Notes under the pieces: model-generated
Seen by the model: only the letters and a program-made list of their open reading frames with translations
What the model was told of the DNA's origin: nothing
Databases searched by the model: none
Part shown: positions 35,336 to 47,560 of the stretch, in pieces
Numbering within the stretch: position 1 is the first letter of the stretch
How the letters are laid out: each line of letters starts with the position of its first letter
Made by a program: the position numbers and the translations under genes
DNA from: Leptogorgia sarmentosa
Taxonomy: Eukaryota
NCBI GenBank assembly: GCA_964658305.1
Contig: OZ210885.1
Location: 21,762,001-21,826,000 of the forward strand
Length of the DNA stretch: 64,000 nucleotides
Reading direction: 5' to 3'

Positions 35336-36555
35336 TTGAGTAGTACTCTGATCCCTTTTCACTCCCAAATAACACAACAATAAATAGCCTCCTTTATGCC
35401 GATGATCTGGTCATACTTTTGCAATCAAAAGAAGGCCTCCAAAACTGTCTGAACACACTCCATACATGGAGTAAAAAATGATTACTTGAAGTTAACTTTA
35501 AAAAAACGAAAGTCATGATATTACAAAAACATAAGTCTAAACCAAAAAACATAAAATTTAACATTGGCAACAATCCAATCTCAATAACTGATGAATATAC
35601 ATACCTAGGTGTAAAATTGACACCAAATACCAATTTTCAGAATGCTTGCCAACAACTAAGCGAAAAAGCAACACATGCACTACATAAAATACGCAAACAG
35701 CTCGACTTTCACAAATTACCCCCCAAATTGTCATGTAAAATCTTTGATAGTGTAATATCTCCAATTTTATTATATAATTCAGAGGTATGGGGAGCTTACA
35801 CTGACAAAGAATTTGCAAAATGGGATAAAACTCGAACTGAGAAAGCACATTTAACATTTTGCAAACTTTACCTGGGAGTGAACAAAAAAGCAAGTAACAA
35901 CGGTAGTAGAGGAGAACTGGGTCAATTCCCATTACTCATACAAATAATTAAGAAAATATTAAACTACATCACTCACCTATACAATTTACCTGACACATCA
36001 ATTGTAAAACAAGCATTCATCAGTTCAAAACAACTATACGTAAATGGTAAAGAATCTTTCTACCTGAACATTGTAAATCTACTACAAAGACACTACTATG
36101 GTGGCCGGTTGTTCTCATAGCAATTTTAACACATATGTCATTCTAAATTGCATAAACTTTTCATTTGTAACTGATTCTTTTATCAATTCATTTAAAAAAT
36201 AAACAAAAAGAAAATAAAAGAAAAAATGTTTAAAAAAAATATTATTATGAAAATAAATTTTTTTAAACATGCTAATTTCATTTTGAAATAAAAATAAATA
36301 TTTTAAAATTGAACATGCTATTTTCGTTTCCAAATTAAAAACCACATGTTTTGTACGGCCTATCGTTCTCATAGTAAAATTGATTTGGGAATTGAAAGTT
36401 TAACGGCCCAGCGTTCTCATAGCCAGCACAATTAATGGTCAGCGGTACTATGCATGATTGAAATAAATCATCATCAAGCGCATACAAAGCGTGCAAAGAC
36501 AGAGCATTGATTTTGTTGAATTTATTCACGTAAAAATCGTATTTATCGGTTCTAT

Positions 36556-39251
36556 ATGGCACAACGAGTTCGGAATTCAGATTGGAAAGACGACGAACTC
36601 CTAAGAGATGATCTTGGACGGTATGTCCTTCAGAATCTTCGTCGCCAAGAAGTTTTAGACTTTGTTAAAAGAGATTACCTGCAATACGCGTGGAGTTTGG
36701 GAACTTTAGATCGAAGGCGTGCTCATTTCGGCATCCAGTACGTGAATTACGGCACCGACTTGCGGGAGGTTGAAGCGGCCGTACGCGACAAAATCGAGGG
36801 ACCTGGTCAGTTGCTTGGATATAGGGCGATGCATAAAAAAATCAGGGAACAGCACCAATTGGCCGTACCAAGAGATTTGGTGTACGATGTGATGACTATG
36901 GTCGATCCGGAAGGATTAGAGCGTCGTGGAAATGTTGGCAGAAAGAAATGACGCAGAGGAGCAACAGGTACATTCACTTCGATGGTACTTTATTTATTGC
37001 CAAGTTTTATACTTGAAATTTGATATTATGCCAAGTTGACATTATCTACGTACAGTGTATGCTGTACACACCCATAGTGATACATCTGCATATGCCCAAT
37101 CTATCATGTATAACATAATTATGTCAAAAATTCATTAGCAATTCATAATCTTTTTTGCAAGTAAAATCAACCATGTATTAAAAAGTACTTATTATGCCTC
37201 CTAATTAAACCTAGGGCCCTAACCACACTCACTCAGGAGACAGGCATGACAAGATCATGGATTTTATGAGAGACACTTTTCCCCTTGCAGTATATGGCTT
37301 GCAGGATGTGTTCAGTGGGTTGATTTTGTTTTTAAAAGTATGGACCTCAAATTCTGATCCAAAGTTGGTAGGAAGATGGTACTTGGACCATATTTACAAT
37401 TCACGAGGTGGTTGCTTAGTGAAGGCACTCTTTCTAATCTTTCATTTAATTAGGCGTGATGTTGATCCAGGCTTGTTTTATTAATTAAATGCCCTGTTGC
37501 AATAAATATGTAATTCGTGTGTACTGGTAGGAGTAAGAAAATCAACAAATGAATATAAATTTTTACTATGTAACCAAGCAAATTGAAAAAACGTTTCTTT
37601 TCTTTTTTTTGTTGGGAAAAAGTGATAAGCAAGTACCTCAGACTGGACAAAGGAACAGAAACAGGTCACATGGCAACGATTCATGCCTTTTTAAGCCGCC
37701 AATGCAGAGAAGATGTTCAAAATGAAGAAGATACAGTTTATTTTGGCCCTTCTACAAATAACAAAGTAAAATTAATTATAACATTTGTTTTTTACCATTA
37801 TATAATATTACCGTACTACAAATGCAAAAATTGTCCAATTAGTCCAATGGTAAGAATATTTTTTGAGGTGACTGCACAGTTGGCAATTCAGTAGAATGCA
37901 CTTCTTAAGTGGGTAAGATAGGAATTTCTCTAATATCCCATAATAGTTATGCGCAGCCCAGAATATATTAAACATTGTATTGTATTAAACTTTATAATGA
38001 CATGTGCTGCACATTGGCATTGTCTTATTGAGTATAAGCATCAGAACATGTGTTTTTCAACAAATTGAAAGATGGTGGCGAGAGCTTCACAACCGTTTAG
38101 AGAAATTCTTCAAGCGTCAGCTAAGGATGCTGCTTGAGCAAGGACATTAGTATTCACATAACCAAAATGACAGGTATAATACAGTAGCATTATCCACTTT
38201 TTGTGGACATGGCAAAAATATGCATGCAGTATGCAGGGGCGAAACTTAAGGGGGGGTTAGGGGGGGTGACTAACCCCCCCCCAATGTTTAACTTTGCAGG
38301 GCAAAGAGGGAGTTCGCAGGGCCAAACGAAATAAATGTACATTCATTTTAAAAAAATTGACTATCAAGAGTTTCAAATTGCCATGGAAGTAGACATGAAA
38401 CGTATTTGCGCTTGTAAGTTGGCTTGCGGAAAAGACGACCCCCCCCTCACCAACAATTTAGGAACAATCTGTACGGTCACGGTTATCTTGCAGGGTATTT
38501 CATTTTCTTGCAGTGCTTTTTTGCCCATAACCCCCCCATTGAGAAGGTGCAAGTTTCGCCCCCGGCAGTATGTCGGGTATGGAACCAGAAACATTGAGCC
38601 AGTAAGGAGGCCTTACAATTTGGGATGGTCTTAGTTCTCATTGACATACCGACTATACCTATTTCTCCACTGCGTGTACACTGCATATATTGGCTGATAT
38701 ATATTTACTAATTTTATTGAATTACAATTATTTTCTTAACAGAAATCTATTGGCTTTTGTATTTATTCCTGTAATACAGAGGGAAATGGATATATTCAGG
38801 GAAACTGTTTGGAATTCACACAGGGTTAGGAACCAAAAAGATGCACAAATGCCTAAAGGTGTCCCAAACCATCTTTACTCCTTCCCTGAAAATTATGATG
38901 CTGAAGAATGTGGTGTGTAAAAAATATGTTTCATTGATGCTAAGAGTGTTACATTTACAATTGAAAATATTAACTTTTTTTTTATTTCACTACTATACGC
39001 TGTTCTATTTAATTGTTAAAGGTACTCCAGTCACACAAGAGGCACTTGATGAAGTTGGAGATGTTTCAGGAGTCCTAACAGTGGGAGATGATTATTTAGC
39101 ACCTGATGTTAGGGCAGAATGTGAACGCATCATTCCAGATATAAATGGTGTAAAGTCATGCAATGCTGCTGATACATTTTTATTTCTCAAACATCATTAC
39201 CATGAACAGTCAGCAGGTGGTTCACTCTCCACTAATATTGAAACGCAATAA
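36556..39251 (+). pseudogene. IS3EU #2 transposase, about 6 exons, premature stops
   Basis: WSLGTLDRR, LLGYRAM, VDPEGL; GPNHTHSGDRHDK..VYGLQDVFSG; LRLDKGTET; GPSTNNK/IERWWREL; WNSHRVR..GVP; TGA at 36949. Confidence 0.85.
38234..38564. mobile_element. hAT-type MITE in a transposase intron, 8-bp TSD GCAGTATG
   Basis: CAGGGGCGAAACTT ... AAGTTTCGCCCCCG; TSD 38226-38233 and 38565-38572. Confidence 0.88.
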
Positions 39252-39778
39252 TACAGGGTTTAAAACAATTAGCTGGAAATTTTTTTATATTTGTAGGCTG
39301 TGCTCAATTATAGCTTTTCTTACTGGCAATGCTTTTCATGTTGAACATAACCATCATGCACGAACACTGTGTTAAACCAAATAATATCAGTGTACATGAA
39401 GTCTGTATGTGAATTTCAATTTTCCAAACACTATAAATACACAAACAAAGTATCTCGAGCAAGAATCTTTTTGATTGAAAACTTATACATTCACCAATGG
39501 ATTATGAGGAAAGAACTCAGTTTCTAATTTTAAATTCACTGACTAGCACTGTGAAAACACCCGTGATAGTTGGAAGCCAGCTGCTATTTTAAACCCTGTA
39601 ATAGTAGTTACTGTATGGTGCATTCTATGAAATCAAAAACTCTTCTGTTCATTCAAGGAGACAGGAAACAAAATTGTAAACTATGTAAGAGAACAATTAC
39701 TTAATATTTAACATATCTTTGTCTTTTTGAAATACTTCTTTTTGACAAGAAGTTATTTATACTATATTTATTTATACT

Positions 39779-40936
39779 TTATTCACTGAGACCCATCATT
39801 TTGCAATATTCATTGCATTTATGATGGTTTAAAAATTGCTGAATACCAATTGTTGTACAATTGCCACAACAAAAGTAAATCTCACTGTCCTCATCCATAA
39901 TATTAGTTGTGGCGATTTCCGGATCATACAAGTTGTATTTTGACCCTTGTATGTCAAGCAACATTAACTTTTCTTCGGATGAATGATAACTATAGTGCAC
40001 CAAGCACTGAGCCTTTTCATACAGCTCCAAAAATTCAGCACTGCAGTCATCTCTCGGAGTTGTAGACTTACCATCATTGTTGATGAGCTTCATGAACTCC
40101 CCAGGCACACTCACATGCTGGTAGTGATTTCACCCGAGCTTGAGACTTGTTACTTCTATATCCCCCAGACATTTCCTGGTCATCTGAGTCATTAGAAATG
40201 ACAACATGCTCATCATGTTCTTCTTGAATTACAACAAATCTCACTAAATAAACCTAGAAAATAAAGAAAAAAATCATACCATTTCTGCCATATAGTTTTA
40301 TATTTCCTTACCATAAAATATGGGGATCAACAGACCTTTTCTAGTGCCTATATCACTTGTTGGATCTTTACGGACTTGAAAAGAGTTAAATATAATACCC
40401 AGCAATAATGACAACGTAAATTAATTATAAAAAAGGTGTATTGACTCAATCCCCCTCCCAAAATAATCATTTGAATATAGGCGTCCCACCCCATTTTATT
40501 TTATACTAGACTGAAATAAGTCCGAAACACGGGAGGGGTTATAAAAACCACGTGTTACTGAGATGGCTCAGCCTCATAGTAATATATCAAACTCACCTTG
40601 TCTTTTCTGTGCGGGATTTGAGCTATATTTGAAGAAGATGGCCTCCTTGTTTGATACTAGTACATCACATGTGCTAGCTGGTAAATTAAAGTGGGCCGCG
40701 CATGCCTTCTTTAAGTTGGCTAACGTCAAATCTTCGTATTCAAAATTTACAAATTCGCGTGGCTGCACCGGTTTGTAGGTTTGTTTATTGTCAGGCTCTG
40801 CAGCCAGCCTCTGAACAAATATTTCATGAGGAGCACTTCCTCCTTTCTTGTTCTTGCCACGTGTTCCTGTATCGTTCTTTGTGCGTTTGGCACTCATTTT
40901 CGCATTCAGTTCGTTCCAAATCGCTTGTCTCTTCAT
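39779..40936 (-). pseudogene. IS3EU #2 cargo gene: N-terminal domain (exon ~40936-40597, acceptor ~40253) and alpha-kinase C-lobe (40114-39779); middle apparently deleted
   Basis: PGEFMKLINNDG, KAQCLVHYSY, LMLLDIQG, LYDPEIAT, GNCTTIGI..F...HKCNEYC..MGL match eEF2K/TRPM7/MHCK-type alpha-kinase motifs. Confidence 0.85.
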
Positions 40937-41438
40937 TGTTATATCGCTGTTTCATTTCACGCACGTTTATGCAAAAATCAAAAAGAACGCGCGCTTGATG
41001 ATGATTTATTTCAATCATGCATAGTACCGCTGACCATTAATTGTGCTGGCTATGAGAACGCTGGGCCGTTAAACTTTCAATTCCCAAATCAATTTTACTA
41101 TGAGAACGATAGGCTGTACAAAACATGTGGTTTTTAATTTGGAAACGAAAATAGCATGTTCAATTTTAAAATATTTATTTTTATTTCAAAATGAAATTAG
41201 CATGTTTAAAAAAAATTATTTTCATAATAATATTTTTTTTAAACATTTTTTCTTTTATTTTCTTTTTGTTTATTTTTTAAATGAATTGATAAAGGAATCA
41301 GTTACAAATGAAAAGTTTATGCAATTTAGAATGAAATATGTGTTAAAATTGCTATGAGAACAACCGGCCACCATACACTACCCTGCACAACAAGGACCAC
41401 TCGAACTTGAAACATTTATAATTGACAAAATAAAAAAC

Positions 41439-41482
41439 AACTACATTTCAGAATGGAAACAACTACATTTCAGAATGGAAAC
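41439..41482 (+). repeat. 22-bp tandem duplication in the RTEX ORF
   Basis: AACTACATTTCAGAATGGAAAC x2. Confidence 0.9.
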
Positions 41483-42714
41483 ACCAACTCAACAACTCCT
41501 CCAAACTCCAATTTTACAACAAATTTAAAAAAGAATTTAAACTCGAAGAATATCTAACGACAATAAAAAACCCAACTCACAGGCGTTTATACACGAAATT
41601 CTGGATAAGTAATCATAAATTATTAATTGAATTCGGACGATACCAACAAAAACCCTGGGAAGAAAGAATATGTAAATACTGCAATTTGCATTCAATTGAA
41701 GACGAATTCCACTTTACTTTTGAATGTGAAAAATAAGACAATTTGAGAAACACCAACAATATATTAAAAAATATCTTTCAAATGAACGTAACCAGGGATC
41801 TGAGAGAAGATTTATTGACACATGTAATGTCCAATACAGACCCAGTGTTAACAAATCTCTTCTCAGATTTTCTAACCAAGTGTTTTAGAGTCAGAGACAA
41901 TTGCCCCAATATTACATAATTGTAGAATACTACTTTCTATATACTATAATAAAATATAATCAAAAAGTAGTCTTTTATAAGAACTACCACCATTATTCAC
42001 ATTCTTAGAGTTTAAAGCTAATTACAGTCATTATTACGTATTTAGTTATCCATATTAGTTTTGTTATACTTTAGCAATACCTGTATGTAATTAAGGTCAT
42101 GCTAATAAAGTTCTTTAAAAAAAAAAGAGTCTGAATCACAGGCTCACAGCCCATATCGACATTTACTTTAAATGACACCCACTACACCACTATGCATAGT
42201 TGACCTACAGTGGCGAGAACCTTGTTCATATTTCTCACCATGTATAATAGAAATTATGTAACTTTGCTTATCATTTTCCTATTAATAAATATAAATATCA
42301 ACAGATTCTTCTGCTGGTCTCGAAGGAATCTTGTGTGCTGCAAACATGTCACTGCATTTAATATGGACAACAACAACAAGAACAAAATATATAATTTAAC
42401 ACTCGAAGAAAAAATACATAGGAAGATTACAGGTAAAAATTTACAATAGTTGAGTGTAGGCCATCTGCAATAACTATTAAAGAGCTAGACTAGGCAGATG
42501 ACCATGGAGTTGAATTTAAGATGTGGAGTTGTGATGGTTGACATGTTAATGACGGAAAATAACTCTAATACTCATATGGGTGGCTTAAAAAATATCTATA
42601 CAATTTTGACAAACTAATATACAGTACAGAACAAACAAAGCACAAAAAGAAAAAAAAAAAAAAGACAGAAAAAGACAGAAGAGCCAGATAAATATTGACA
42701 AGACCAATTGGATT

Positions 42715-44304
42715 TCAATAAAAGCCAATTATTTGATTTTTATATCTGTTTTTGAAAGAATTCACACTTAACAACTTAAGTGGTTCGTCAATAGTGTTCC
42801 ACAGTTTGGGTCCACGATATCGAATGTTAAACATTCCATAATTGGTTCGAATGGTAGGTAAAGAAAAGGTTGATTTGGATGCAGCACGTGTGCTGTACGA
42901 GTGGGAATTACTAACGGGATTAAAATATCCATCAAAATTGCCTGGGAGATCGCCTGTACCGTACCGAAGCATAAATAGTGCTGTATAAAGATCAACTATA
43001 TCTAAAAATTTTAAAAGATTAAGTTCTTTAAAAATAGGCGAGGTATGTGCTAGAAAGTCAGAAAATGTTATAATACGCACAGCCTTTTTTTGCAAAATTA
43101 TCAAAGGGCGCAGGTTGGTTTTATAGGTATTTCCCCAGATCAACACGCCATATATGAGAAACGAATAAATAATAGAGTAATAGACTAGTAGAAGAATGTG
43201 AGTGGAAACAAAATTGCGGAGTTTTAATAAAACACCAATGCCTCTTGAAATTTTTTCGAAAGTTCATGGATGTGATCCTTCCAATTCAGATGGCTGTCAA
43301 TAAGTACACCTAAATACTTTTTTTCTCCATAATAACTTTATCATGAATTTTTAAGTTAACAGAAAAAATAAGTCTTTTTTGGGGTGGGTAAAAAAGAACA
43401 AAATTAGATTTGTCAATATTTAAAGATAACTTATTAGCACACAGCCATTTGTAAATATTACATAACTGATTATTTAAAGTTATTTCTAAATTCTGAAGAT
43501 TTTTATGGGAACAAAATAAATTGGAATCATCAGCAAAAAGATGAAAATCAATATCAGTTGCACAGTTATTAAAGTCATTGATATATAATAGGAACAGCAA
43601 AGGTCCCAGGACTGAACCCTGAGGAACTCCACAGGTGATAGGTTGGTAGTCAGATACTGAATGACCAATTGAAACAAATTGTCTTCTATTTGTAAGGTAG
43701 GAACAAAACCAAGCTTTTGTCAGTCCCCTTATACCATAGTTTTCTAGTTTTTTTAATAGTATTTTATGGTTAACAGTATCAAATGCTTTTTTTAAGTCAA
43801 GAAAGATACCACATGAATAAAGTTTGTTTTCAATTGCTCTTTGAATTTTATCAGTTATAAGTAGGATTGCGTGTGTCGTTGAAAGATTTGAACGGAAGCC
43901 AAATTGTCCATCAAACAAAACATGATTTTGTTCAAGAAAACTTAGTAATCTTTTGTACACTAATTTTTCTAAAATTCTATTGAAAATCGAAAGTAATGAA
44001 ATAGGTCGATAATTTGAAACAATATCTTTCCGTCCAGTCTTATATACTGGAATAACTCGTGCTATTTTAAATTTTTCTGGGACAACACCTGATGAAAATG
44101 AACAATTGAAAAGATATGCCAGAGGACCAGATAACAAATATCTAAGGATCTTCAATAATTTGGTAGGAATGCTAAATGATCCAATTGACTTGGATGAATT
44201 TAGCTGGTTGATTTCATCCTCAATTTCAGTACTAGATGTAGGAAAAAGCACAAAACTATGGCAAAGTGGTGCATTTAAAAAGGTTTCGAAAGGAATCTGA
44301 ATAA
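42715..44304 (-). pseudogene. LINE B ORF2, reverse transcriptase and C-terminus
   Basis: NYRPISLL, QFGFR, DLKKAFDTVNH, GVPQGSVLGPLLF, FADD; frameshifts near 43320 and 43260. Confidence 0.9.
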
Positions 44305-47300
44305 CAGGGGTGGATCTAGACTAGTGCCACTAGTTTCTATAAACTACTCAAATTTTGCCAAACATGTGAATTTTTTCTTCTAATAATTTCCAAAGCATTA
44401 ATAACATTTTCGGCAATTTATTCCAAATTTCTATAATCCAGTGAAATCCACAAATTAATTAATGCATAATTATGCGGCATTTTTTACCGGAATTGCGTGT
44501 AAACTGCACCAGTTTACCTTGCGTGGAAAATTTCCACGGAAACTAGTCAAAGTCGTCTATCATTGGCCAACGCCAAATCAAATTATTTGTGCACAGGTCA
44601 AAACGTGCTGCCATTGGCTAATGGCCCTTGATTGAATCCACGGAAACTAGTCGGGCACCAGTCAGAGTTATAAATAGTGTCGGACATTACGTGAGGTTCA
44701 GTTTGTTACTTTGTTTGCTAACATGGCAACTTACAATGTACCTCGGGGCGAACCCTTAGTTGCGAAGGAAAATTGTTTTCCTTTTGACATTGGTATAGTT
44801 TATTCTACAATTTCTAAGGCTTCTCCGGCAGAAAAGTATCGTTTCATCAACAACGTTTGGAAGCCTCCTTTGGATTATGCTTTTCCAGGATCTGTTGAAT
44901 CAACTGGAAAGCTACGAAAGTGTAGACACGAGTGGTTCGTTCGATTCCCATGGCTTGTATACTCGAAGTATCTTGATGGCGTCTTCTGTTTGCCCTGTAT
45001 TTGTTTTGGAATACAATGTGGGAAAAACGCATCGAGGCTAGAAAAGCTTTTTCGATCACCGCTTACATTCTGGACAACCGGTGTAATGTGACTCCAAAAT
45101 CACTCATCCGGGAAGTGCGAAACGCACAATTACTCCGTAGTTGCCATGGCAAACTTCATGGATGTGATGGCGAGACGTACAGTGGGGATTGATGAAGTGA
45201 TGAACAGTTGAACCAGATTGCTCATCGGCAGATCCAACAGAATCGTGAAAAGATGAGGTCTATTATTAAGACCGTAGTCTTTTGTGGTCATAATGCCGTG
45301 CCTTTGCGAGGTGCAAGAGATGACAATCCTGACGACGAAACTCTTCAGGGTAATTTCCAAGCTTTGTTGGATTTTTGTGTTGACAGTGGAGACAAGACGC
45401 TGCAAGAACACTTTGAGAATGCCCCTCGAAATGCTAGATACCGTTCAAAAACAATCCAGAACGAGATTATAAACACTGTTGGCAGCTATATTACTTCAAA
45501 AATCTCTACAGAAATTAAAGAAAGCAAGCTGTTTTCAGTTTTGGCCGACGAGGCAGCTGATATATCCAACAAAGAGCAGCTTTCCTTAGTCCTACGATTT
45601 GTCGACTCAGGTCAGCAGATTCGAGAAGAGTTTGTTGGATTTTACCATTGCGAAGCTGGAACAAGTGGGGTGGCATTGAAAGAGATGATTGTAACGGCAG
45701 TAGCTGATCTTGGTCTATCAATGGCTGACTGTAGAGGGCAATCTTATGATGGTGCTGGGAACATGGCAGGAAAGTACAATGGTGTTTCTTCACTTATCCA
45801 ACGTCAGTTTAACAAAGCTTTATATGTTCACTGCATGAACCACCGCCTCAATCTCTGTGTTGCTGATACCTGTTCAGAATATTTAGTTAAAGATATGATG
45901 TCTGTTGTAAGGAGCCTTTCTTCGTTCTTCTCTGGTTCTCCTAAACGGCAGCAGCATTTAAAAGAGAATGTTAAGTCTTTGTTGCCTTCTTCCAAACATG
46001 AAGTTTTAATTAATGTCTGTGAGACCAGGTGGATTGCTCGCCTGGATGGCTTGGATAGAATTGTAGAGCTTCTTCTCCCAGTTGTATGTACATTAGAAGA
46101 TATTGCTCACAATAGGAATGTGGGGGATGAAGAACCTGATTCTGGTGATTGGAATCAGAAAAGCAAAACAGCTGCTATAAAGATGCTGCCCTCTATAACA
46201 TTTAAGTTTGTTGTCACTTTGGTCATAGTTAGGTACATATTAGACTTAACTAGACCTGCAACTGTAAAGCTGCAAAGAAAAGAAATGGACCTTTTGAAAG
46301 CTCATACAGAAATTTCATTTTTGAAGAGAAATCTTCAAGACTTGAGGTCCAACATCAATAGAGAACATCATAAACTCTATGTGGAGGCAGTAGAGCTTGC
46401 AGCTGCAATTGGGCTTGACCCCTGTAAGCCTAGAATTATTCCAGTGCAAGCACATAGAAATAATAATCCATCAGATTCAATTGAAGGATATTATAGAGTT
46501 AACCTTTCCATCGTTTTTCTTGACCATGCTTTGAATCAACTTGAAATTAGGTTCCCACCTGAAGCTTATACATGTTACAGTGGGTTTTCTATAGTCCCTA
46601 CTATCATGTTGGCAAACCCAACTACCTGGAAAAATTCTGTTATGTCATTTTGCCAACATTATTCTAGTGAAATACCAAATATTATTGGTTTACCTGCTGA
46701 ATTAACTTCATGGCAAAAAAGATGGGAAGAAAAGGTTGTGGAAGTTGGTATAGACAAACTTCCTGACAGGGTATCTAAAACACTAGCATCTGTAGGCCCT
46801 ATAGCTTTTCCAAATATTTTTATTGTACTAAAGTTATTGGCAACTATTCCTGTCACCTCCTGCAGTTGTGAGAGGTCTATTTCATCTCTAAGACTTCTTA
46901 AGAACTATTTAAGGAACACTACTGGCCAGGAAAGATTAAACAGCCTGACATTAATGCATGCTCATAAAGCAATTCAGCTGGATTATGACAAGATCATTGA
47001 CATGTTTGCTACCCTTCATCCAAGAAGAATGAGAATGGTGCACATTTTATGCAGTGATGACTAATTAATTATGTATATATTTTTTGTATGTTTGTGTACT
47101 AATCTGCGTTGTGTTTCCCAGTTCATATTAATTCCATATTTGTGTTATAAAAAGTCTTCGTCTTTGACTTTTGAGGTGGTGGTTTGCTTTGCTTTGACAT
47201 ATATTGTAAATTTAATCAAGACCTGCATCACTGGCCACCAGCACCTATCACGGTTATTGAAATATTACTTTGCTAACAATCATATTATGGTGAATGCTCA

Positions 47301-47560
47301 ATTGCTCATTACTGCAATATGAATCTGGCCATCCATTGATAATCAACCTCGATATATGAACTATGAAGATTGAAGAAGTCATTTAAGTGTTGAACTTATA
47401 TGGCTCAGAAGAATATAAACGAAGTATCGATTATTATGCCTTTAAATGGTTGGTTTTGAATTCCAACTAATACAACAGTATTTTAACATATCTTGCACTT
47501 TATGGCACAATCTCGTGTTGCCTGGTAAACTAGTCACAAATCTCACTAGATCCACCCCTG
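44305..47560 (+). mobile_element. hAT DNA transposon, 15-bp TIRs, 8-bp TSD CTGAATAA
   Basis: CAGGGGTGGATCTAG ... CTAGATCCACCCCTG; TSD 44297-44304 and 47561-47568. Confidence 0.93.
44723..47064 (+). pseudogene. hAT transposase (THAP12/PRKRIR/ZMYM1-like: TTF finger, DUF4371-like, DDE, hATC dimerisation), frameshift ~45085 and stop ~45209
   Basis: WFVRFPWLVYS..FCLPC; GNFQALL; FSVLADEAAD; GQSYDGA; HCMNHRLNL; CETRW; CERSISSL..LR.T..QERL. Confidence 0.9.

Larger units (their letters stand above)
36097..41375. mobile_element. IS3EU-like DNA transposon #2 (385-bp near-perfect TIRs, 6-bp TSD CACTAC)
   Basis: TATGGTGGCCGG ... CCGGCCACCATA; TIRs 36097-36481 and 40991-41375; TSD 36091-36096 and 41376-41381. 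Confidence 0.9.
16031..42126 (+). mobile_element. RTEX-like LINE ORF2 and 3' end, host of both IS3EU-like elements (pieces 16031-16261, 33664-34723, ~35340-36096, 41382-42126)
   Basis: IPPE..GDFNGRT; DTTIN|NHGKQL restored; ILNGRTKGD, STIDY, LSDH; LYADD; RGELGQFPL; C-terminal ERICKYC..IEDEFHF..EC; AATAAA and poly(A) at ~42105-42126. Clade call is inference. Confidence 0.8.

Noticed and set aside
36115..36562. Duplicated short ORFs (MRTIG..., also 40781-41357; and 16209-16406 / 33513-33734)
   Set aside because: They lie in AT-rich TIRs; the duplication reflects the inverted repeats, not genes.
39779..40114. Host TRPM6/7 or eEF2K gene
   Set aside because: Only the kinase C-lobe, no channel or other domains, and inside transposon TIRs.
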